From the IMG/VR virus record IMGVR_UViG_3300033463_000004, positions 198,695 to 262,694 of that record: a DNA stretch of 64,000 bases; one strand, 5' to 3'. Origin of the DNA: a virus. Lineage: Duplodnaviria; Caudoviricetes. The translations under genes were made by a program, and so were the position numbers. Below the pieces are notes generated by a model, which was given only the letters and a program-made list of their open reading frames with translations, ran no database searches and was not told the origin of the DNA. Shown here piece by piece: positions 46,939 through 57,100 of the stretch. The first letter of the stretch is position 1, and each line of letters opens with the position of its first letter.

Positions 46939-48030
46939 ATGAAAAGAGAATTATTATTAACATTAAGCAAGGCACCGGTCATTGAGCATAATGTGCTCGG
47001 TTTTCTGGTTGACCAAGAGACAATCGGATCCATAGATTTGAACAAATTATGGGACGATGATTCGGCCGCTACTGTATACTGTTATGATTTTGGATGTCAT
47101 GAAGTTGAGAACGTCTCAACCGGTGAAACATCATATATCATAGACAAAATCATTATCTGTCCACCAAATGAAATCGGATATAAATTTGTAACCAGATCTA
47201 ATCTCCAAGAATTGTTTGCATGTGATTATGATGGTGATGTCATAATTTGTACAAACACTGAAGAGGTTTGGTCAGGTAATCCGGATTTAAAACCGTTCTC
47301 GGTTAATTACAATCCGGAGGGCAAATACTATATTCGGAATCCAAAACTCCGGAATATGAAATCCTATATTTTCAATCGGGAACAATTTTCTCAACTGTTT
47401 TCATCATTAATCGCTTCAAATGAAGAAGCATTTGAGAGATTCGAAGATGCTGCCAATGGTACTGACGATGGAGTAGTCGGAGACTTCAAAATCTGGAGAG
47501 ATGAAGACGCCGAAGTCTCTATTCTTCATGTACCATCCGGTGTCATCATTGGATGGTACAAAATGTATCATTATGGCCGTGATAATTGGTGTAATCGTGC
47601 GGATTTCACCGAAGCAGATTTACGTGATTTTCTTATGCTGCTGCGGCATCAATTGATGGAAGATCCGGATGAACCTGCTGAAGATTACCATCCGAATGTG
47701 AAAGTTACAGAAACTGATCAATCTAAATATGACAGTTCAGTTTCGGCCACATCACTCATGGATGAATATATCAAAGCAATGAAATTCAGTATAAATTCTA
47801 TATATGGTCTTCATTGCGATGTGTGTCATAAACCTATCAATTTGGACGAATCACATGATATCCAAACCAAAACAAATATCCACATAACCATTTGTCAGGA
47901 TTGCTTAAACAAAATCAATCCTATCAAAGAAGACGATTCTGACATAAAAGACGTTTGTCAGGAGAACGATGACGGATCGTTCACATATATAGGAGAAGGA
48001 GACGATGATGAAGACGATTACAAAGAATAA
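46939..48030 (+). CDS. hypothetical protein (C-terminal CxxC..CxxC)
   Basis: ATG after GAGGAGG. Confidence 0.7.
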   Translation: MKRELLLTLSKAPVIEHNVLGFLVDQETIGSIDLNKLWDDDSAATVYCYDFGCHEVENVSTGETSYIIDKIIICPPNEIGYKFVTRSNLQELFACDYDGDVIICTNTEEVWSGNPDLKPFSVNYNPEGKYYIRNPKLRNMKSYIFNREQFSQLFSSLIASNEEAFERFEDAANGTDDGVVGDFKIWRDEDAEVSILHVPSGVIIGWYKMYHYGRDNWCNRADFTEADLRDFLMLLRHQLMEDPDEPAEDYHPNVKVTETDQSKYDSSVSATSLMDEYIKAMKFSINSIYGLHCDVCHKPINLDESHDIQTKTNIHITICQDCLNKINPIKEDDSDIKDVCQENDDGSFTYIGEGDDDEDDYKE

Positions 48031-48631
48031 GTTACAAAACTTGATATTGGGCATACTGTTAACAGTATGCCTGATTATTACTGTCATATTATTGGCATAT
48101 GGTTCATCAAACAAAAATATGAACGAATTATCATCTATCGAAGAAACGACAACCTGTACAACAATGACAACAACCACGTCGGCAACAACGACCACAACAA
48201 CGACAATTACGACGGTGACAACTGTAATCACAACAACGACGGAAGCAACGACAACTACAACCGCGACACACGATATCAAGGATAGGTTTGTTGATTACGG
48301 TTTCTTCCGCGCAACCTACTATCACGGAGAAGGAGCTAATCCGTGTCCCGGGGGCTCCGGTCGTATGCTTCTCGATTGTTCACCGAAACTTGATGAAATA
48401 AAAGGTTCGGTTGCATGTCGTCGAGTGCAAGAAGATTATGGGTATAATATTAATGGCAGAACCCGTGTATGGCTTGAGTTTACTAAATATCCAACCATGA
48501 CCGGCTGGTATTTCGTGGATGATGCATGTCGCGACTATGATGTTGTTGATGTGTATTTTATCGAGTATTCGGATTGTCCATGGGAGCATGACGGAAATGC
48601 AGAAGTGCATTTGTGGCTCGAACCGTCTTAA
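48005..48631 (+). CDS. membrane-anchored Thr-rich protein with 3D-like (cell-wall hydrolase) domain
   Basis: TM helix, poly-Thr linker, RATYY..GSVA..VDDAC..VVDVYF. Confidence 0.6.
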   Translation: MMKTITKNKLQNLILGILLTVCLIITVILLAYGSSNKNMNELSSIEETTTCTTMTTTTSATTTTTTTITTVTTVITTTTEATTTTTATHDIKDRFVDYGFFRATYYHGEGANPCPGGSGRMLLDCSPKLDEIKGSVACRRVQEDYGYNINGRTRVWLEFTKYPTMTGWYFVDDACRDYDVVDVYFIEYSDCPWEHDGNAEVHLWLEPS

Positions 48632-48642
48632 GATTAAAATAC

Positions 48643-48918
48643 TGAAGTCATCGATAGCGATACAGGGAGTAGTTCTGCGGAGTAAAGTGACGGCAAGGTG
48701 TGGTGTGGCATAATAACGTATGTCAATGTATTGTCAAGGTGCCGGAAAGCAAGGCTCCGTGGTGTTTTGTGACGCTTTGGTTGAGCATTAGTACAGTGCA
48801 ACAATGTGTTGTATCGGTCGAGTCAAGTCTTGTTCCGTGCAGTACTGTGGTGTTTAGTAAAGTAATGGTAAGGCACAGTATGGCGCTTCGTGACTCAGCA
48901 ACGTAACGGTTGTGTGTA
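48643..48918 (+). repeat. NGY-NN pentamer array B
   Basis: e.g. TGT AT CGG TCG AGT CA AGT CT TGT TC CGT GC AGT AC TGT GG TGT TT AGT AA AGT. Confidence 0.75.
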
Positions 48919-48943
48919 ATAAGGAGAGGACTGATCATGAGAA

Positions 48944-49408
48944 ATGAATAAGAAAACTTCGGTAGATGAAGTCTTATACTTTATCCACCATATTTTCGAC
49001 GGAAAAACTTGTGAAGAACGTAATGTCATTCACAAGTTTTTCGGATGTGGATATTGTTATTATTTCGCATCAATGTTGAAAGCAGCTTTCCTTCGCGGTC
49101 ACATTGCGTGGGCTGCACCGTATTCCCACTGTGTGTGGGTTGATGTTGATGGGACTCCGTACGATATCGAGGGAATATACGACGGCGAATATTCTTATTT
49201 GATTCCAATAGAATTTGCCGAAACTGTATGTGACAAATTCAAACATATATTTCGGCATAATTCTGAATATTCAGAATCATATATCGTATACGTTACACAA
49301 GAAGATATCCAACATGTTTGCCGCGCGTACTGCGCGGCGAATAATATCAAGTATCAAGACCAGTATGGGGATTGGTATAAATGGAAAGGAGATGTGACGA
49401 AATGGTGA
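48944..49408 (+). CDS. hypothetical protein, possible Cys-His-Asp papain-like fold
   Basis: GYCYYFA...SHCVW...YDIEG. Confidence 0.65.
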   Translation: MNKKTSVDEVLYFIHHIFDGKTCEERNVIHKFFGCGYCYYFASMLKAAFLRGHIAWAAPYSHCVWVDVDGTPYDIEGIYDGEYSYLIPIEFAETVCDKFKHIFRHNSEYSESYIVYVTQEDIQHVCRAYCAANNIKYQDQYGDWYKWKGDVTKW

Positions 49409-49908
49409 CTTTAGTAGTCGACGGGCACATCATAAGTGACGTCGAAAAATTCATTCGTCTGGCATTGACAGCCAGCGATCCAATGACCGATGATGCTATG
49501 CAATCCGTCGCATTGAATGCATTGAAAGAAATGCGGGCATTGGTCACTGTTCCTGATCGGAGCACACACAATGACATCATGTGGGACTCACCAGATGATA
49601 TTCACCGAGATATCTTCACGAATGTACTCGGAAACGCGGGTGTGTCGCCAGCTTTAACGAAGCTGGATAAAGTTGGTATCACAACCGAAGCACAGCTGAA
49701 GAATTTCATTATTGCCGCACATCGACCGGAAGGTTTCGGTGCAAAGACCATCGGTTTAATCGCCGAATATGTGTACATTCGTGGTCTGACATCAAGTCCT
49801 GAAAACATCGTGTCCAGGTTTTACAAACCTGGGTGGCATGAATATAATCTTGCCATGAATACGATCGCCGAAACCAAATGGCGGCGATGGAACACGATCA
49901 TTGACTAA
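49402..49908 (+). CDS. hypothetical protein
   Basis: ATG after AAGGAG. Confidence 0.65.
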   Translation: MVTLVVDGHIISDVEKFIRLALTASDPMTDDAMQSVALNALKEMRALVTVPDRSTHNDIMWDSPDDIHRDIFTNVLGNAGVSPALTKLDKVGITTEAQLKNFIIAAHRPEGFGAKTIGLIAEYVYIRGLTSSPENIVSRFYKPGWHEYNLAMNTIAETKWRRWNTIID

Positions 49909-49911
49909 ATA

Positions 49912-51278
49912 CTGTGTACAGGCAAGGTACTATACAGCAGAATTCCGTGCAGCTATGGCAAAATAGTGTATTGTAAGGTGAGGTGTGGTAATGCTTAGCT
50001 GTGGTATGGCAGTGCAAAGTTCTGTTCGGTATTGGTGGGGTTTAGTATCGTGGCGTCGTGTTTGGCAAAGCAAAGGTATTGTACGGTCATGGTAGGGTTG
50101 TGTTCGGTTCAGTTGTGTGTGGTACCGTTGTGTCATGGTGCTGTGCTGTTCGGTACGGTATCGTACTGTAGCGTGCCGTAGAGGTGTGGTAGAGCAATGT
50201 TCGGTAGCATGATGTTCTGTGATGGTCTGGTATTGTGAAGTATTGTGGTATAATGTGCAGTGATGGTTTAGTGTCGTTATGTAGAGTATCATTTAGTCAT
50301 GTAATGGTGACGTCAGGTATGGTATAGTTATGTCCTGTGGAGGCATGGTATGGTTATGTCCTGTGGAGGCATGGTATGGTTATGTCCTGTGGAGGTGTAG
50401 TATAGTCAATGTTACGCACCGTGGCGTACAGTCTGGTGTGGTCCAGTAATTGTCCCGTGCAGTAGGGTGAAGTTTGGTGAAGGTACTGTATTGTATAATA
50501 GGGTGCGGAATAGTGATGTACAGGTATTGTATCGTAAATGAATAGCAAAGCGGAGTGGTGTATTACTCAGTATCGCAAAGGTAAGGTGTCGTAAGATAAG
50601 GTGCTGTCTCGCAAAGGTGTGGTCACGTCTTGTGATATTCAGTAAAGCAATGCAAATGTAGAGCAAAGCTGATCGCCGTGTGATAGGGTAACGTAACGGT
50701 TCAGTGTTTGTCAAGTGACGCGGCATGACGTTGAGTGAAGTGTCGTAATTGTAAAGTGGCGCAAGATCAGGTACCGTTGTATCGTGTAAAGTATAGGTAT
50801 AATGAAGCGACGTCTTGTTTGGTTCCGTCAGGTAATTGTGAAGCCGCGTGACGTTTTGTGTTGTAAAGGTTCTGTCGTGTTTCGATTGTATTGTGAATGT
50901 ATGGTAACGTTCGATATTGTGCATTCATGCGTTGTCAAGGTAAAGCGGCGTACAGTAAGGTATAGCTTCGTATCGTTTCGTAATGGTGAGGCGAAGTTTG
51001 GTTTCGTCAAGTAAAGGTAAGGTACAGCTTCGTGTCGTTTCGTAATGGTGAGGCGAGGTTTGGTTTAGTCAAGTAAGTGTGAAGCCTGGTGTTGTGGAGT
51101 CGGGTCATGTTATGTCTTGTACTGTACAGTGAATGTATTGTTCCGCAATTGTGACGTAGCGTTTCGTGTCGTGACGTGAAGCTGAGTAAAGGTAATGTAC
51201 GATTTTGTCAAGTTTAGTCAAGTAAGTGCAAGGTTTAGAGCCGTGACGTGCGGTCCTGTAATGTCAAGGTATAGCTAT
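49912..51278 (+). repeat. NGY-NN pentamer array C (~1.37 kb), upstream of Cas7-like gene
   Basis: e.g. GGT GC TGT GC TGT TC GGT AC GGT AT CGT AC TGT AG CGT GC CGT; periodic 6-nt phase slips before GGY. Confidence 0.9.
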
Positions 51279-51303
51279 GGATTATATATGAAAATTTTTA
51301 TGA

Positions 51304-51322
51304 TTTTCATATATATATCATT
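51304..51322 (+). promoter_or_regulatory. putative phage promoter motif of Cas7-like gene
   Basis: TTTTCATATATATATCATT. Confidence 0.65.
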
Positions 51323-51407
51323 ATGGTGATCCGAAGGACAATTATACCTTCGGAAGTAAAGTTTATTTTAATTTTGTAAGGGCTTAGTCCCAGAAAGGAA
51401 GACCATT

Positions 51408-52133
51408 ATGGCAACTGAAACAACCGCAAAGAAAACATCCGCAAAAAAAGCTGCTTCTGCAGCACCCCGCATCGCATATTATTTATCTGCAAAGATTACA
51501 TTCATTTCACCGTTGTTGGCAACAAATGCCAATGATCCTCAGATTTATTCTGAGTATCTGGCTAGTCTCGCCAATGACGAGACCCGTGCTGCCGAAATCG
51601 AACGTCTCGGTCTTGCCGAGGTGGATGAGAAAGGCATGACTGTCTTTCTCCGTAATCCGGATAATCCGATGCAACCCCAGTTGAAGGGGTATACTTGGCT
51701 GGGCTTTTTGAAGTCCAGATCAAGAGCTCTGGCAAAGGTTGACGGCACCCAGATCAAGGGTATGTCGGCCTATATTAAGGAAATCGACGACAGAATCTTT
51801 GTGTCGCCAATTTTTATCAATCTGGATTTACCGGAAGGAGAAGCAATTGACACCCTTCAGAGACCGCTGAGAGCAGCTACCATGCAGGGTGATCGCGTTG
51901 CATTGGCAAAATCCGAAACTGTGCCGGAAGGTACGACTTGTGAAGTCACATTCCGTACGGAGACTCTGGACGGAATGAAACTCGTGATTGAGTGTCTGGA
52001 TTACGGAAAGATCCATGGCACTGGTCAATGGCGAAACGCCGGATATGGGCGTTTCACCTGGGAAAAAATTGACCAATGGAAAGAATACATCGACAAAGTC
52101 AAACTCGAGGAAGACGACTTCCCGATGAGATAA
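51408..52133 (+). CDS. stand-alone Cas7/Csm3-like RAMP protein
   Basis: KITFISPLL beta1; LKGYTWLGFLKS helix; thumb QRPLRA; SETVPEGT; G-rich loop LDYGKIHGTGQWRNAGYGRF. Confidence 0.8.
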   Translation: MATETTAKKTSAKKAASAAPRIAYYLSAKITFISPLLATNANDPQIYSEYLASLANDETRAAEIERLGLAEVDEKGMTVFLRNPDNPMQPQLKGYTWLGFLKSRSRALAKVDGTQIKGMSAYIKEIDDRIFVSPIFINLDLPEGEAIDTLQRPLRAATMQGDRVALAKSETVPEGTTCEVTFRTETLDGMKLVIECLDYGKIHGTGQWRNAGYGRFTWEKIDQWKEYIDKVKLEEDDFPMR

Positions 52134-52142
52134 CTTTGTCTG

Positions 52143-52188
52143 AATTTAACGGCGTCATGTGTAAAAAGCATGACGCCGTTAAATTTTT
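52143..52188 (+). terminator. 17-bp stem hairpin after Cas7-like gene
   Basis: AATTTAACGGCGTCATG-N9-CATGACGCCGTTAAATT. Confidence 0.65.
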
Positions 52189-52191
52189 CTA

Positions 52192-52317
52192 TGATGCGGT
52201 GGTACGGTAGCGTATGATTCTGCACTGCGCAGTAATGTAAATGCGAAGTGACGTATGGTCTAGTCTGGTGTTGTAAATGCATTGTTTTGAGGCGTTATGT
52301 TGTGTCTCGTAAAGTAT
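52192..52317 (+). repeat. NGY-NN pentamer array D
   Basis: TGC GA AGT GA CGT AT GGT CT AGT CT GGT GT TGT AA. Confidence 0.7.
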
Positions 52318-52335
52318 AATACTTTAAATATAATT

Positions 52336-52422
52336 GCTGGTGTGGCGGAATTGGCAGACGCAAGGGACTTAAAATCCCTCGGTGGATACATCATACGGGT
52401 TCGATTCCCGTCACCAGCACCA
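52336..52422 (+). tRNA. tRNA-Leu(TAA), CCA encoded
   Basis: AGGGA-CT TAA AA-TCCCT. Confidence 0.93.
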
Positions 52423-52548
52423 ATCTCTTACACTGTATTTTCTGAAGCAATTGTTTCAGAGAACACGGGCTGCATGTGTAAGAGTACTTTCGATATACGA
52501 CGGCGGTGATAGCACCCCATCATTCGCTGTCGTATATTGATATTTTAC

Positions 52549-52622
52549 GGGCTTTTAGCGCAGTTGGTTAGCGCTCCCGGCTCATAACCGGTTGGTCCAG
52601 GGTTCGAGTCCCTGAAAGCCCA
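52549..52622 (+). tRNA. tRNA with CAT anticodon (Ile2-like, or Met)
   Basis: CCGG-CT CAT AA-CCGG. Confidence 0.88.
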
Positions 52623-52663
52623 TCCATATAATTATTATTTGACGAGAATACTGTATAATATTT

Positions 52664-52751
52664 GGAGGTGTACTCAAGAGGCTGAAGAGTTCGGTCTTGA
52701 AAACCGATAGGGCGTGAAAGCGTCGCAGGGGTTCAAATCCCTTCACCTCCG
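52664..52751 (+). tRNA. tRNA-Ser(TGA)
   Basis: TCGGT-CT TGA AA-ACCGA, long variable arm. Confidence 0.92.
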
Positions 52752-53577
52752 TCATCAAGTATTCTCCATTCAATCAAACCGCCTGACGATTCCGATGAGT
52801 TTTATCAGCTTTCTGTTCCAGTACAAGCTGATACGAAAATGTCGATCAGGTTCCTAAAATATGTATATAATATCTGCTTTTCTATAAGCACCTCACCGGG
52901 GTTTAAAGGTACCCCCAACCTGTGTCCAATAATTGTCTTTATCTGCCATTATGTTCTCGCATGACACGAGGACAACAACAACAACCACGGACACCGTGCT
53001 ACAGTATTATATATGTAACCAGGGGTTTACATACATGCGGTTTACCCTGGATCCGCTTACTTCTTCCGCCCACATACACTCGGGTGGATTCTTCCTTATT
53101 CATTCAAACCTCCTAACATCTGCACTAGGATAGTTAGGTTTAGAAAAGAAAATCTTGCCAATAGGTCACGAGCATCCTGTACTCGCTTTACATTGGCACG
53201 AGGCTCTGTCCGGGTTACATCAATGAGGTTACCGGACATTACGAAAAACGATGATGATGGTCTATCTTGACGATATGTCGGTCTGTCACTCGAGAACAGC
53301 GTCTGATATATCCGTGACAAAATGAGGTAATAAACGATTACGCGCGTAATCGCTAATACGATAGTATTCCTGACCATCACCAATTGCTTATGCCGGATCG
53401 CGTTCGACGGCGCCATATCGAATGCGTTCCATTCCCATAAGACTCCAGCATGAGGAGTTTACACGGCGGGTTTGCACTATTGAATGTTTCAGAGAGGTAA
53501 CGAATGAGTACCAGAAGAGGTTTGTCTAGCATGCTGACTAGCCTCCCCGCTATAGAAATGTAAAAAACAGTCAATTT

Positions 53578-53648
53578 GCACGTGTAGTTCAATGGTAGAA
53601 TACCAGCCTTCCAAGCTGGGTATACGGGTTCGATTCCCGTTACGTGCT
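53578..53648 (+). tRNA. tRNA-Gly(TCC)
   Basis: CCAGC-CT TCC AA-GCTGG. Confidence 0.92.
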
Positions 53649-53870
53649 TCGAACATGAAGCTGTGGTATGTTTGCAATGAGCATAGCCGCGAGTTAAATT
53701 CTTTCCCTGCTGTGTTGGATAGATAGGCGGAAAGAGCCGTAAAGGTAATGGGTCCACATGTTTAACATCAGCTTGAATCATGTTCTATGTCATGTCGCCG
53801 GATGTACCCTAACAACGTGGGAGGTTGTGAAGCTCACGTTGTTAGGTGTCGGTGACACCAATAATTTTAT

Positions 53871-53945
53871 TGTGGTATCGCCAAGGGGAAAGGCATCAGA
53901 CTTTGACTCTGACATTCGTAGGTTCGAATCCTACTACCACAACCA
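53871..53945 (+). tRNA. tRNA-Gln(TTG), CCA encoded
   Basis: TCAGA-CT TTG AC-TCTGA. Confidence 0.92.
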
Positions 53946-54093
53946 ACAAAATCTTTTAATTCGTATCAGCATAAAATTTCAAGGTCACACTCGTTTTGTG
54001 CTGATAAATAGGTCTTCACTTTCAATGATTTTATGTGACCTTATTTTCCGTGCATGGACGCAGTACCTCCATGCACATTTTTTTTTTGAAATA

Positions 54094-54120
54094 ATGAAGC
54101 GGGGCAATGCCCCGCTTCAT
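54094..54120. terminator. terminator hairpin
   Basis: ATGAAGCGGGGCA-A-TGCCCCGCTTCAT. Confidence 0.75.
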
Positions 54121-54133
54121 CTTTATTTTTTAT

Positions 54134-57100
54134 TTAGACATTCGTCCAATTGTGTGATTCTTGATCATATAATCTTAAATCAACTCTTCCAGTTTGTGTA
54201 TTTTCATCAATTAATAATGTTTTGTAATTTACAGGATCACCATCCGAATTCAAAACATCTGTTGTATTTGAAATATTTGAACCACGGAGGATTGTCATTT
54301 TTACTGGTGTAAATTCACGTGGGTCTTCACCATCCGTACTCATGAATTTGAATGTTTCGGTTTCAAGAATACTTGGGAATACCAATCTCCATGAACCCTT
54401 CGGTTGTGACAAACGACGTGCTTCTTCATTGATATTGACAATCTTTGTGAATCCTGGTTGTTGATAAATATCGTCTGTTGTTGATGCTGATGAATATACT
54501 GGATTATTTGTGTAAATATTAAATGCTGTTTTTGCTGTACCGGATTCATTCTTAATCAAACTATATTTTGTTTGATTAGCTGTATCAATGATTTCAATAT
54601 TACCCCAATCAAAATATTCACGAACGACATATAATTCACGTGTATGTGCGTTTACATAATACTTCTCATGAAGTTCTGAATTGGGATCAAACATCCAAAC
54701 CATTGGACCAACATGTGGAACATTCCACATGATTGTTGTTTGTGTATTGGTATGAACATATTTGTCTGTTGTCAGATTATTTCCTGGTAATGTTGATGTT
54801 GAATCAGTTGTTTGTAGGTTATTCAATGAACGATGAATCACACCATAAATGAAATCAAAGTTAGATGAATCAGATTGGTCGAGCCATCTCCAGAAGATGT
54901 ATGAATCAAATATCATACCACCGTCTTCTTTAATTTTTTGCAATACTGCAGATTCACTACGATAATTTGCATGCAATTGTTTGACGCCACGACAATACAG
55001 TTTATTGATATCGACAACTGTAAGATCATCATACATGTCAGTATCTGATGTTGCTGCTGTTGAAGGAACATGTACAGGTGTACAATTTGTATCAACAACA
55101 TTAATGGATGATGCTGTTGTAAATACATTCAAAAGAACATCTGTTGCATATTCTTTCATCGGATTCACAGGAAGTGTTCGTGCTGACGGAAGAATTGAAT
55201 TGATATAAGAATCACGTAATGATACTTCACCTCTGACAGATGCTGTTTCTGATGCATATGATTGTGCAATCAATTGTTGTTTTACCCATTCATTACCTGG
55301 ATGCGTAACATACCAGATTCCATCAAAATCAGAAACGAATGCAAACAAATCATCGAATAATAATCCTTTCTTTGGAATTAATTCTGCATAATTTGCAATC
55401 TGTAATGCAATCTTTAATCCTGTTCCAGAAAATGCATTATATCGATTATTTGGTGACGTACCATATGGGAGTGTCAAACCGGATGACGTTTCTGTTGATA
55501 CAAAATTGAAGTTTGCAAGATTGATTCTTGTATCTGATGAATCATTTGATGCGATTTCTGCCGACAGAACAGATCCTGTTGTTGATACTGCAGTCACAAC
55601 ATATGTGAATGAATATCCACCAACAACAATTGTTCCAGATGATCCTTCACTATATCCTGAACCGCCATCTGCGATATATCCAACAGATACGTCATTTGGA
55701 TCAACACCACGATTCAGATTTGTAATTTCTCTGAAATCATTATGATACATCAGGTCAACTTGATTCAACAAATCCATGGAATCAAATACAAATTCATTTG
55801 ATTGTGTATCTGGTTCTCCTGTATAAATCGGAATACCCTCTGCATCAAGTGCTGTTGGACGAACCCATCTTGACTTTGCTCCATTCTGTAAGAAATATTC
55901 ATCGCGTTCTGTATATGATGCTTCTGAACGGACATATTGCTTATCAACAACAGATGTTGGAGCTAAACCTGAAATGTTCGATAATTGCATGACAGATACA
56001 GGAATATCGCAGATACGTGCAATTGTTCTTTCAGGTTTTGGATTTTTTGCAGTTGCATTATTGATATATTTTGGATCATCATTCGAAAGAACATAAACTC
56101 TTCCGATCTGAGATGGATCGACATCATCAATTGTATATGGTGCTTCGATTTCTTCAATCTGTTCCATCTCAATTGCCAATACCAAATTAATTCCGGTTGT
56201 GAATGTGTGCAACCACCATGGGGTTCCGTCTTGCATTAAACCATCACCTGTACCGGATAATTGTGCATTACGGACTTCCATTAATTCATTAATATCATAC
56301 TCATTATCATACAGCCATTTTGTTGTCAGATGATTTCCTGTGAGTGTCATTGGATCATATGTTTCTTCATTTGCTGATCCGGATTTCAAACTTGATATTT
56401 GTGAGAATTCACCTGGAGCAATATAATCATAAACTGTTCCAGTGCCCATATCGAAATAAAGTTTTCCATATTCAGGTTCAATTTCATGTTGTTTTGTATT
56501 ATCTTCATAGAAACGATCTGTGTCATTATCATAATAACCATATACCATATCTTTGACAGTATCTTCTGCATCAATTCGAAGATAATTGTGATTCTGTGTA
56601 TAAATATACTCAAACAATGTTAATCTGTCAACATAAACATTATTCATACTTGGTTCAATCAATATTGTATACGACATATCTTCGTAGAAATTATAATCTG
56701 CTGAATTGTAATATCCCCATATTGCATACATTGGTTGAACATCAGATACAACACCAAATTCATCAGTTGATGTTATCTCAAATAATGTTCTTCCACGAGA
56801 TCCATCATTTAAATTGACCCAAAATCTATTATGATCACTTAATAAATCTGCATTGAAATCTGTTAAACGGATATATTGTGAAGATAATTCATTATATTGA
56901 TAATTAAATTCTGTTAATTTATCAATGAATAATTTACCTGGATCAGGTGTGATTTCTGTCACATACGTTAATTCTTCATAGAACTTTCCATCATTCGAAT
57001 TATAATAACCATGAACAACGACTTGTTCATTCATTTTGTGATTATAACCCGTTCCGCCTGATATAACGGAGACGCTTTTAATTTTGTATTGTCCTGGGTG

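Noticed and set aside
48145-48270. ACN-rich repeat
   Set aside because: Encodes a poly-Thr linker (period 3); unrelated to the pentamer arrays
49930-51014. ORFs over array C (49930-50292, 50354-50548, 50412-50924, 50802-51014)
   Set aside because: Same repeat artefact; several frames open at once
49912-51278. Canonical CRISPR array
   Set aside because: No conserved 25-40-nt direct repeat alternating with unique spacers; no cas1/cas2 in window
52639-52659. Sigma70 promoter TTGACG...TATAAT before tRNA-Ser
   Set aside because: Spacing is only 9 bp
52782-52850. Hammerhead-like motif (CCGATGAG...CGAAA)
   Set aside because: Core deviates from CUGAUGA and stem I is missing
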